Assembly (NCBI GenBank): GCA_021647905.1
Contig: JAKITW010000003.1
Location: forward strand, 3,503 to 67,502
Reading direction: 5' to 3'
Length of the DNA: 64,000 bases
Source: Desulfobacterales bacterium
Lineage (GTDB): Bacteria > Desulfobacterota > Desulfobulbia > Desulfobulbales > BM004
Shown: one piece after another, positions 1-7,975 of the stretch
Layout: each line of letters starts with the position of its first letter
Numbering within the stretch: position 1 is the stretch's first letter
The notes under the pieces: generated by a model
The model's database searches: none
What the model was told of the DNA's origin: nothing
What the model saw: only the letters and a program-made list of their open reading frames with translations
Translations under genes and position numbers: made by a program

Positions 1-509
1 CCTGTGGACTTGAAAAAGAGTTCGCTGGCCCGTTCAAAGGGCAGGTCGGCCAGAAACTCCAGCGCCAGTTTTTGGAGGTCATCCTGTTTTTTGCGGGGAG
101 ACAGACCAATCGTCGCGTCAGCCGGGAAGAAACCGTGCTTGCAAGGAGCACAGTAGAAATAAGGGCGAGCAATGGTCGACGCCCCGAGCAATGTCTCGAT
201 CGTCCTGGGAGCCTGTGTACTCCTGTTGACCTTTTTCCGGCAACATGGGCATTCCGCCTGCTGCTGCGACAACACATCACCGTGTTTTGCCTGGACAAGC
301 CCTTCCATGGCTGCTTTCAATAACGCCGGCTGCGCCTTGGATATGGCCTGGGTGATATCCATCAGGGTCATCTTCTTTTCCGAAAGGATGTCTTCGGCAA
401 GGGCATCGACAAAGGTGTCAACGGCAGCTTTCATCATGTCTCGGTAGCTCTCGATCAGGTGCTGTTGTAACTGGGCGTCCAGTATGCTGATATCGACGGC
501 GGCGCTCAT
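1..509 (-). CDS. ISNCY/ISKra4-like transposase, N-terminal part; the gene runs off the window start
   Basis: Open minus-strand frame from ATG 509..507 to base 1 with no stops; absent from the ORF track because it has no stop in the window. Translation MSAAVDISILDAQ...CPCCRKKVNRSTQAPRTIETLLGASTIARPYFYCAPCKHGFFPADATIGLSPRKK...LPFERASELF matches my recollection of the Zn-ribbon N-terminus of ISKra4-type transposases. Its ATG overlaps the DUF4338 stop (ATGA). Confidence 0.5.
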   Translation of the reverse strand, partial: MSAAVDISILDAQLQQHLIESYRDMMKAAVDTFVDALAEDILSEKKMTLMDITQAISKAQPALLKAAMEGLVQAKHGDVLSQQQAECPCCRKKVNRSTQAPRTIETLLGASTIARPYFYCAPCKHGFFPADATIGLSPRKKQDDLQKLALEFLADLPFERASELFFKST

Positions 510-1408
510 GCCACGCCTCCTTCGTGAACATACCGGAGGCGCTCGCGAAAATCACGAACAAGCGGCAAGACAAGGATGTCTTTCTTCCGGCCGTGCTCAT
601 GAAACCGGTTGTCTTTCTTGGCATACCCGGCAGTCTCGCCTACAACGGTCCAATTAGCCGCCTTATAGCAGGTTCCGGCAAATCTAGCCTGGTCGACAAA
701 TGTTTCCAGCAGATAAGGCGGATACCCATAGAATTTCCGCCAGTCATTGCCAATGGTTCTGGCCGACAGGCCAAGCAGATGCGACGCAAGATTCTTGACC
801 TTGACCCAGGGAAGAATCAAAAAACGGTTGTTATTGACCACATGGCGGATGTTTCCACTCCTGGCAGCAGGATTCCAGCCTATGAAACGGTCTCGGGCAG
901 CAATCCTGAATACACTGGAACTCCACGATAAACAGGCAATAGGCCGACCGCCCATCCAGGCGATATATTTCAGGTGTGATCCGACAATAATCCGAAAACC
1001 CTCATAATGGTATCGATGGACCAGGTAATTCCATAACCCCTCATGTTCGGTCCGTCGGACCATTGTCAGCCCGATAGGCGAAATATCCCCAAAAGCAGCC
1101 TCCAGCGGGGTGTCGTTCACCTCAGGAGGAGCGGACGGAGGGACGTAATAGCGGCGTCGCGGGTGATTGGCAAGGCCTGTCTTTGGCGGTGGCAGCGAAA
1201 TGAGGCCCTTGCTTTCCAGCTTCCTCAACAAAATTCTGCACACCTGCCCTTTGAGTTGACCGTTTTCCTGGCGCCAGTCCCACTGCCGGCAAAGTTCCTT
1301 GGAAATGGCCACGCGACCCTGGGCCCAACGCCCTGTGATGACCGACTCGATTTGATGAAGTTCCGCCGATCCGATACGTTTGCCACGTATAATGAGTTCT
1401 GTATCCAT
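506..1408 (-). CDS. DUF4338 domain protein, IS-associated accessory ORF
   Basis: Body motifs (WNYLVHRYHYEGF, NNNRFLILPWVKVKNLAS, YLLETFVD, GTCYKAANW) resemble the DUF4338 family. Start moved to ATG 1408, which follows AAGGAGG by 7 nt. Translationally coupled to the downstream transposase ORF. Confidence 0.7.
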   Translation of the reverse strand: MDTELIIRGKRIGSAELHQIESVITGRWAQGRVAISKELCRQWDWRQENGQLKGQVCRILLRKLESKGLISLPPPKTGLANHPRRRYYVPPSAPPEVNDTPLEAAFGDISPIGLTMVRRTEHEGLWNYLVHRYHYEGFRIIVGSHLKYIAWMGGRPIACLSWSSSVFRIAARDRFIGWNPAARSGNIRHVVNNNRFLILPWVKVKNLASHLLGLSARTIGNDWRKFYGYPPYLLETFVDQARFAGTCYKAANWTVVGETAGYAKKDNRFHEHGRKKDILVLPLVRDFRERLRYVHEGGVA

Positions 1409-1508
1409 GGTCTTGCCTCCTTGCTGAAAACAAGGTAACAAGACCTGGTAAGGAACGCAAGTTGATTTTCAAGAAACGCGTAATGCTCCCACAATTAGCT
1501 CAACATTG

Positions 1509-1807
1509 GCCATTTTATACGGTGCGCCACTTCGTTCTGCACCGTATAAAATGGCAAGTTAGCATGGCGATGGTGCCCCGCTGCGCGCGGCACCATCGAC
1601 CCGAGTTGAGCGGTAGACCCGCTCCCACGTCTTGCTGGCGGCTGGCATTGGCTCCGCTGATACTACATTCCAGCCACTCGGGTTTAATCATGGCTTGTGC
1701 GCTGATTCGCGGCCGCCATCAAAAGTCGTCGGAGCGGACACTGGCCACTGTCTGATCAGAAACAAAATTCTGATCAGACAGCACCCAGCGCCGCTCAACT
1801 CGGGTCG
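1509..1807. repeat. Cluster of perfect inverted repeats in non-coding DNA upstream of the DUF4338 gene
   Basis: Four stems: 17-bp 1509-1525/1539-1555 (gccattttatacggtgc); 9-bp 1569-1577/1589-1597; 14-bp 1748-1761/1768-1781 (ctgtctgatcagaa); and a long-range 17-bp IR 1597-1613/1791-1807 (cgacccgagttgagcgg). Confidence 0.6.
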
Positions 1808-1825
1808 TTGGCCGAGGAAATCGAT

Positions 1826-1854
1826 TTGACATGAGCTGTAATGTGGACTATTAT
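1826..1854 (+). promoter_or_regulatory. Sigma70-like promoter for mazEF
   Basis: TTGACA (1826-1831), a 17-nt spacer, then TATTAT (1849-1854), about 30 nt upstream of the mazE ATG. Confidence 0.5.
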
Positions 1855-1886
1855 AGCTATTAGAATCCATATCGTAGAGGTGTACT

Positions 1887-2120
1887 ATGAGAACCGTCCA
1901 GATGACCCTTGATGATGATCTTGTCAAAGCGGTTGACCGTGTTTCGAAGCAACTTCACACAAATCGTTCTGCTTTCACACGGAATGCCCTTCGTGAGGCG
2001 CTTGCTCGATATAGCCTTGAGCAACTAGAACGGAAACACCGCCAAGGGTATGAACGGCACCCAGTATCTACCGATGAGTTCTCTGTTTGGGAAAAGGAAC
2101 AGGCTTGGGGTGACGAATGA
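1887..2120 (+). CDS. mazE: Ribbon-helix-helix (CopG/MazE-like) antitoxin
   Basis: 77 aa. The N-terminus MRTVQMTLDDDLVKAVDRVSK...NRSAFTRNALREAL is a typical RHH pattern. A 4-nt ATGA overlap joins it to the toxin gene. Confidence 0.8.
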   Translation: MRTVQMTLDDDLVKAVDRVSKQLHTNRSAFTRNALREALARYSLEQLERKHRQGYERHPVSTDEFSVWEKEQAWGDE

Positions 2121-2428
2121 AACACGGTGAAATCCGTTGGTACAAATTCGCCAAGCCGGATAAAAAGAGGCCTGTTCTTATCCTAACACGAGATTCTGTA
2201 TTGGAATATCTTGGTGAAGTAACTGTTGTCCCCATTACAAGTACGGTTCGCGACATACCATCCGAGGTTTTTCTCTCAAAAGCCGACGGCATACCCAGGG
2301 ATTGCGCTGTAAACTGTGACCACCTGCAAACTGTCTCGAAGGGAAAAATCGGCTCCCTGATTATAACCTTGCCCCCGGCAAAAATGGCTGATGTCAGCCG
2401 TGCAATTCGATTTGCCCTCGATATCTGA
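2117..2428 (+). CDS. mazF: MazF/PemK-family endoribonuclease toxin
   Basis: 103 aa. GEIRWYKFAKPDKKRPVLILTRD...VVPITS...NCDHLQTVSK matches the PemK/MazF fold signature. Confidence 0.85.
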   Translation: MKHGEIRWYKFAKPDKKRPVLILTRDSVLEYLGEVTVVPITSTVRDIPSEVFLSKADGIPRDCAVNCDHLQTVSKGKIGSLIITLPPAKMADVSRAIRFALDI

Positions 2429-2431
2429 AAC

Positions 2432-2765
2432 AGGAATGGCCAATCGGGTAGCCGGAGGTCTTTCTCCCCCGGCCCTCACACCACCTAGCAAGCGGGTCCG
2501 CACTAGGCGGTTCCCATGAGCTACCGCGCCGTAGCGGGGTAATGGACGTTTACCCACAGTTCTTTGACAGACAACAGACCTTGATCCTTCAGTCCGCCTC
2601 AGGCGGATCATCCCCGACTGGGTGGCCAGTGTCTTGGCGAGTCGATATGGTCCTTTACGGCTCAGGCCGATGGATATGGCCAGCCGCAGGTTTGTACCGA
2701 GTTTGACAAGTTCGCGGACCTTGGTACGGCAATGATTTCTGCACGGATTTTTCTGACCTCAACCT
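2432..2765 (-). mobile_element. 5'-truncated group II intron remnant: frameshifted maturase C-terminus plus a domain V/VI-like 3' tail
   Basis: The minus strand reads ...RTKVRELVKLGTNLRLAISIGLSRKGPYRLAKTLATQSGM and, after a frameshift, LKDQGLLSVKELWVNVHYPATAR*. This is the canonical C-terminal pattern of bacterial intron-encoded RT/maturases. Downstream is a hairpin with a bulge (gagggccggggg-agaaaga-cctccggctaccc) resembling domain V. The fragment ends a few nt from the mazF stop codon. Confidence 0.65.
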
Positions 2766-2905
2766 CGGGCTCAAAAGCTACAAGGGGCCGCCCCTTCCGC
2801 TTCGCCCCCATCGTCATCGGTCCAGGGCTTCGCTTGGGTGAGACCGACGCCGACGGTGACGAAGCTACAGGGGCTTAACATCCCATTTTTGGTGCTATAC
2901 TTGGG

Positions 2906-3222
2906 TTGGGAAATCCGGATAGACCCTCTTTTTTCAGTGACGGCGAACTGGTGCCGGCTGAGCATCTGCGCCGGGTCGAGGTGCTGGGCTATGCGGCAGT
3001 GGCGATCACCGACCATGCCGATGCCTCGAACATGGACTTTATCATCCCCCGGATCATCCGGGCGGCCGAGACCCTGAACCCCTTCTCAAGGACCCGGCTG
3101 ATTTTCTGACCGCCGAAATGGCCGAAACCGTGGCCCTGGGCGCGGGCCTGGATAAGGGTCAATATGAAAGAATCCGCAGGGACATGGCCGCGCTGGTGGC
3201 CCGGGTGACAGAGAAAAAGTAG
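2906..3222 (+). pseudogene. PHP-domain phosphoesterase remnant (internally deleted and frameshifted)
   Basis: [34 protein letters not shown] resembles a PHP N-terminus but lacks the DLHxH motif. The frame breaks at 3109 and resumes as [38 protein letters not shown]. Confidence 0.45.
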
Positions 3223-3232
3223 AGCGGAACTT

Positions 3233-4363
3233 TCAGCCCCACGGGGGTGCGGCAAAATAGCGTAATGGATCAACGACCCGGATCCCGTTCTTGTCGTAGG
3301 GTCTGTTAAGCCTGGCCACAATCTGGGTGGTTTTTTCAGGCTTTAAACGTCTGGCGTAATAAGCAAGATGCCTTGCAGGGACATCATCACTGTATTTCAC
3401 CTCCACCAGTTCCTCCACCACCCCTTCCCTGATGATGACAAAATCCACCTCTCTCCCCTCCTTGTCTCGGATATAGCGCAGTTCATAGCGGAATCCATCC
3501 CGGTCTTCCCGAAAATGGAGGCGTTTGAGCAGCGAGGTTGCCACCAGGTTTTCAAAACAGGCCCCCGCATCTCCCAGGACATCACCGTTGTCAAAGAAAT
3601 AAACCTTGGGCGGCTTCAGCACAGCCCGCGGCAAGGATTTGGTGTAAGGTCGGACCGCAAAAACAAGATACATCCGTTCCAGGACCTCCAGCCATGCCTT
3701 GACTGTTTTTGGCGATACCTGGATGTCGCCAGCCAGGTTGGATAAAACGACCATGCTCCCGACCCGGGATCGGAGAAGGTCGAGAAACAGGCTGAGGCTC
3801 TGGATATTGCGGACCGATTCGAGATCACGGACATCCTCCCTGATTACCCGGTCAAGCCGTTCACGCCGCCAGCGGCGTGCCTCGCGTTCATTGTTGTCCA
3901 GGAACGGTTCAGGGAAACCGCCCACGGTCATCAGCCGGGTAAAAGCATCCGCTGGAGCAATGCCGACCGGAATCTCGTCAAGGGTAAAGGGATGCAACCG
4001 CCAGTAATGATATCTGCCGAGCAGGGAATCTCCGCCCCGGCGGTACACATCAAGCCTGGCCGACCCTGTCACCAGAAAAGAATGTTCATTGCCGGTCACA
4101 TCGTACAGCCCCTTTAACCAGTTTTTCCAGCGGGGAAACTTGTGCAGTTCGTCAAGGACGAGCAGCCTGTCCTCATTGGTCCATTTTCGGGCAAGTATAT
4201 CCTGCCGGTCATCATCAAAGTCCCAGTTCAGATAGCGACCGCCTCTGTTCTCCCGGGCCAGGATGTTTTTCGCCATTGTTGTTTTGCCGACCTGGCGTGG
4301 GCCGCCGACAAAAACCATCTTTCTGGCGAGGTCGTTGAGGACATATGGAGCAATGTATCGCAT
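3233..4363 (-). CDS. AAA+ ATPase with C-terminal DUF4143 (AAA_14 type)
   Basis: Walker A GGPRQVGKTT, Walker B LLVLDELH, and a C-terminal FENLV...EVDFVI pattern. Confidence 0.8.
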   Translation of the reverse strand: MRYIAPYVLNDLARKMVFVGGPRQVGKTTMAKNILARENRGGRYLNWDFDDDRQDILARKWTNEDRLLVLDELHKFPRWKNWLKGLYDVTGNEHSFLVTGSARLDVYRRGGDSLLGRYHYWRLHPFTLDEIPVGIAPADAFTRLMTVGGFPEPFLDNNEREARRWRRERLDRVIREDVRDLESVRNIQSLSLFLDLLRSRVGSMVVLSNLAGDIQVSPKTVKAWLEVLERMYLVFAVRPYTKSLPRAVLKPPKVYFFDNGDVLGDAGACFENLVATSLLKRLHFREDRDGFRYELRYIRDKEGREVDFVIIREGVVEELVEVKYSDDVPARHLAYYARRLKPEKTTQIVARLNRPYDKNGIRVVDPLRYFAAPPWG

Positions 4364-4476
4364 ATGTCTATTTTAGACTCTACTCCAAAAGAGTCAAGGC
4401 TGTTTTGGAGTAGAGGGTAAAATAGACTGACCAGCGACAATTATAATTCCCCCCTGACGACAATTATTTTCCCCGG

Positions 4477-4660
4477 TTGATTTGGAATCCGATTATTCAT
4501 GTTCCTCAAAGGAGGACACGAATTGTCCTGACCTATTCCAACTGGGAGACCGGTACGACTTGTTTTTCCGAGAGTTTTGAAAGCTTGAGCGAGGGGCTGC
4601 AGCACGCCTTATGGAAACTTGGCGGCGTTCCGGAGATGCACCAGACATTTGTTCTTGTAA
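4477..4660 (+). pseudogene. IS21-family transposase (IstA) internal fragment
   Basis: LTYSNWETGTTCFSESFESLSEGLQHALWKLGGVPEMHQT matches the conserved IstA stretch. There is no catalytic domain on either side. Confidence 0.55.
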
Positions 4661-4669
4661 CCTATGGTT

Positions 4670-5857
4670 TCATAACCAAATTTTTTTATCTGAAGGCGGA
4701 GATTCCTCTGCTGCAAACGGTTGGGCAGGGATCAGATCTCGCAGGAACTGCTCGCAGGGGAGACAGAGGATATTTTTTATTACAAGTCGTTCATTACCGC
4801 GGTAGAGAAGGACAGACCTGGCCTCCGGGTAGTCTTCCTGGAAGGCGGTTAGCCCTCTGAGCATTTTGTTGTTGACCCTGGCTGAATTCTTGACCTCAAT
4901 GGCCCAGAAGGTGTCCTGACCATAGAGTATAAAATCAACCTCAAGCCTTGATTTTGTGCGCCAGTAATAGAGGTTACAAGTTTTGTTGCTATATGCTATC
5001 CAGGCTCTTAAGTGCTGGGCAACGAGGCTTTCAAGTGCGGCTCCGTCAATTTCATGGGGGCTGTCCAAGGGGCCTGTTGGCCGCAAGGACCGAAAAACTC
5101 CGCTATCAAAATAATATAATTTAGGATGGGAAGCCAGATGCCGCTTAGCCCGCCTGGAAAAAATCGGCACCCGGAACGACAGTAGCAGGTCTTCAAGGAC
5201 AGCAAGATAGTTATCCACGGTTTTTCGTTTGACCTGGCATTCCCTTGCCACCTCAGAGACATTCAAAGTCGATCCGTGGGAAAAACTGACCGCTTCTAAA
5301 AAGCGACTGAAGGCCCCAATATTGCGCACAGCTCCTTCCATCTGCACTTCTTCTTTCAAGTAGAGAGCGACATACGAATCAAGAGTTTCCCGCGGACTCG
5401 CAGAGTGGGTGATCAGGGGGACCAGGCCGATCTGCAGGCTGTCTGTCAGAGAGAAAGATTTGCCTATCTCGGCAGCCATGAAAGGATGCATTGTTTTAAT
5501 AATGGCACGGCCGGCCAAAAGATCGACCCCGGTCCTTTTCAATTTCCGCGCACTGGAGCCGGTAAGAATGAATTGGCGGCCAGATCCCTCTTCGATAAGC
5601 TGATGAACTACATCAAGAAGTTCGGGGATTTTCTGGACTTCATCAATGATTATGGTCTTACTCTTTGCACCGCGCACCACCTCGCGTAATCGTTCCGGAC
5701 TTGCCGAATATACTCGAAACACCTCCGGCGATAGAAGGTCTATCATCTCAGAGCTTTTGTAATGCTGTTTAAGCCAGGTTGATTTTCCTGTTCCTCTCGG
5801 CCCGAAAAGAAAATAACTTTGCTGGGGTGCCTGGAAAAAACGACTCACTGTTTCCAT
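4670..5857 (-). CDS. AAA+ ATPase with DUF4143-like C-terminus
   Basis: Walker A GPRGTGKST, Walker B IIIDEVQK, C-terminal ESLVAQHL...YYWRTKSRLEVDFILY. By eye the region is more AT-rich than the core genes. Confidence 0.8.
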   Translation of the reverse strand: METVSRFFQAPQQSYFLFGPRGTGKSTWLKQHYKSSEMIDLLSPEVFRVYSASPERLREVVRGAKSKTIIIDEVQKIPELLDVVHQLIEEGSGRQFILTGSSARKLKRTGVDLLAGRAIIKTMHPFMAAEIGKSFSLTDSLQIGLVPLITHSASPRETLDSYVALYLKEEVQMEGAVRNIGAFSRFLEAVSFSHGSTLNVSEVARECQVKRKTVDNYLAVLEDLLLSFRVPIFSRRAKRHLASHPKLYYFDSGVFRSLRPTGPLDSPHEIDGAALESLVAQHLRAWIAYSNKTCNLYYWRTKSRLEVDFILYGQDTFWAIEVKNSARVNNKMLRGLTAFQEDYPEARSVLLYRGNERLVIKNILCLPCEQFLRDLIPAQPFAAEESPPSDKKIWL

Positions 5858-6029
5858 TTTTGCTTCCTTTTTTGCATTTCAAGTACAAAATATCACTAGA
5901 GTGAGGTACGTGCAAGGCAATTATTTCTGCAGAGATACTCTGCAATAAAAATCACCATCAAAGAGGTCGTTTGAAAATTTGCCGCAGGATATCCAGCAGA
6001 AGGCACGGGGCAGCAATCGGACCCGTCAG

Positions 6030-6165
6030 GAAACCGTGATGGGACCCGGTGGCGCTGGATTGACTTGGCCCGCTATATGAAAAAATCCGCACGGATATGG
6101 CCGCGCTGATTGCCCGGGTAACGGGATCCCCCCCTCACCAATGCAAGAAAACAAAAAAGGGGTGA
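6030..6165 (+). repeat. Degenerate second copy of the PHP-gene 3' end
   Basis: tatgaaaaaatccgcacggatatggccgcgctgattgcccgggtaac (about 6075-6122) parallels tatgaaagaatccgcagggacatggccgcgctggtggcccgggtgac (about 3161-3208). Weaker similarity extends upstream (ggacccg...gaaaccgtg...ctggat). Confidence 0.6.
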
Positions 6166-6222
6166 TGACAATGCATGTGCTTTGTCGTCGCCCCTTTTAA
6201 TACAAACTCCCTGAAAGATTTT

Positions 6223-6612
6223 TCAGCGGCACCGGCACCAGGGATTGCCGGCAGTCAACTCATTGCCCTTTTCGTCATAGACGTCGCAGCGGGCCCGCAG
6301 CCCCTTCTTGCCCGCCTGACGGGTGGATATGGTGACCCATCCGTTTGCCGGGGTTTTTTTATTGCACCGCAGGTTGCAGTTTATTCCCGGAACCTGGAAG
6401 GAGATAAAGGTGTTGCCGGCGCACCCTGCCTTGTCGCCCGGACAGGCGCCCTGGTCACCGGCCTTGATCTTGGCCTTGTAACAGTCCGAACAGTCACCGC
6501 CTTGAACCGCAATGGTGTTGCCGGTGTCGTTGTAGACCGTAAATGCACCGGCCGGACTGCCCGCTAAAAACATGAAAGATACCATTGCAACGAAAAACCA
6601 GCTGATCTTCAT
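6223..6612 (-). CDS. Small secreted cysteine-rich protein of unknown function
   Basis: Strong RBS (AAAGGAGGG), signal peptide MKISWFFVAMVSFMFLAGSPAGA, and 12 Cys in roughly 105 mature residues. Confidence 0.65.
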   Translation of the reverse strand: MKISWFFVAMVSFMFLAGSPAGAFTVYNDTGNTIAVQGGDCSDCYKAKIKAGDQGACPGDKAGCAGNTFISFQVPGINCNLRCNKKTPANGWVTISTRQAGKKGLRARCDVYDEKGNELTAGNPWCRCR

Positions 6613-6645
6613 AACATCTCCCTCCTTTCACGATTGCAGGTTTCT

Positions 6646-6745
6646 TGACCAGCAGGGCTGGACCATATGGCCGGCCGCAACAAAAAAATCAAAAACATCA
6701 CTCCGGCATGGCAGGGACCGCGCTTGCTGGCCGACCCCCATATAA
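6646..6745 (+). repeat. Intergenic repeat, copy R1 (partner at 57120-57217)
   Basis: About 100 nt and roughly 80% identical by eye to 57120-57217, in the same orientation. It has an indel, so it is not protein-coding conservation. The shared core is cactccggcatggca(g/a)ggaccgcgc. Confidence 0.7.
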
Positions 6746-6883
6746 AACAACAAGCCGGCAAGAAATAAAAACAATTTATCAGGATATGTTGATCCGGAGG
6801 GGGCGAAGGCGAATATTTTTACCACCACCGGCCTGAAAAAAGAGCGGAAAAGGGGCTGCGCTTTTTTTTACCGGCCGGCAGGA

Positions 6884-7966
6884 TCAGGGATGATCAGCAG
6901 CCGGGTTGGCCAGCAGCCAGAAACGGATCGCGGTCCGGCCGCTCTCCCTTTCCCGTCCGCTGATCGCCACCCGGTTAAGCCGCCGTTTAAGAGAGACCTT
7001 GTTTTCGATCCGGGCGACCCCGTCGGTGATAACGGCCTGGTGCCAGCCCAGTTCGCTCACATAGATACCCACGGTTCCCGGCCGGTAGCGTTCGGGAAAC
7101 AGGAGTCTGGCGCTGAAGGCGTCAGGGGCCGGATCAACAAGCGGCACCATGTCGGGCACAGGATCGGTAATGGGCAGATCGACCCGCTCCAGGACCATCC
7201 GGAAATGATCCATGGTGGACCAGTCCTTCCCCAGGATCGGCTCCCTGGGGATGGTCATCGGCCCGGTCTGTTCGCTGACCGAGCCGGGGTCCTGGGTGAA
7301 AACCGCGTCATAGCCGGCCTCCCTGGCGATATTGATGACGGTCCGATTGTACTCGCCGTACGGCACGGCAAGGAACCGGGGCCGGTAGCCGAGTTCGCGG
7401 CTCAATATCCGGTGACTTTTAGTGAGATCGTCCCTGATCCAGTTCCGGTAGGCGGCCTCATCCATCCCTGCCGGCGGCAGGGCCATGCGATGATGTCCAT
7501 AGCCGTGGTCCTGGAAATCCACCCCGGCGGCCTGCATTTCCCGCACCTGGTCCCAGGTCAGGTAATCCCAGTGGCGGTCATCGGTGGCCTTGGTATAGAT
7601 GAAGACCGTAAAGGGATAACCGTACTGTTTCAGGATCGGCCAGGCCCACTGGTAGACACTCTTGTAGCCGTCGTCAATGGTGATCACCACCCCCTTTTCC
7701 GGCAGCGGTTGTTTAAGCTTCAGGGCCTTGACCAGGTCGGCCAGGGGAATGACCTGGAAGTTGTTTTCCCTGAGCCAGGCCATCTGCTCGGCGAACCGTT
7801 CAACCGTCACATTGGTGGTGGGATAGCGCTGATCGCCGAAACGGTGGTAGATGAGCACGGTCACATTGCCGGCAAAAACCGCGGCCGCCGGACCGGCAAC
7901 GAAAAAAAGGGCGAGCAGGAAAAGTGTTGCCACTCGGCCCGGCCACCCCTTGAAAGAAATCATCAT
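6884..7966 (-). CDS. Polysaccharide deacetylase (NodB-homology, PgaB-like), exported
   Basis: Signal/TM segment, then VLIYHRF, ITIDDGY, DHGYGHH and a YG..N pattern typical of CE4 deacetylases. Confidence 0.8.
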   Translation of the reverse strand: MMISFKGWPGRVATLFLLALFFVAGPAAAVFAGNVTVLIYHRFGDQRYPTTNVTVERFAEQMAWLRENNFQVIPLADLVKALKLKQPLPEKGVVITIDDGYKSVYQWAWPILKQYGYPFTVFIYTKATDDRHWDYLTWDQVREMQAAGVDFQDHGYGHHRMALPPAGMDEAAYRNWIRDDLTKSHRILSRELGYRPRFLAVPYGEYNRTVINIAREAGYDAVFTQDPGSVSEQTGPMTIPREPILGKDWSTMDHFRMVLERVDLPITDPVPDMVPLVDPAPDAFSARLLFPERYRPGTVGIYVSELGWHQAVITDGVARIENKVSLKRRLNRVAISGRERESGRTAIRFWLLANPAADHP

Positions 7967-7975
7967 CTGTCCCTG

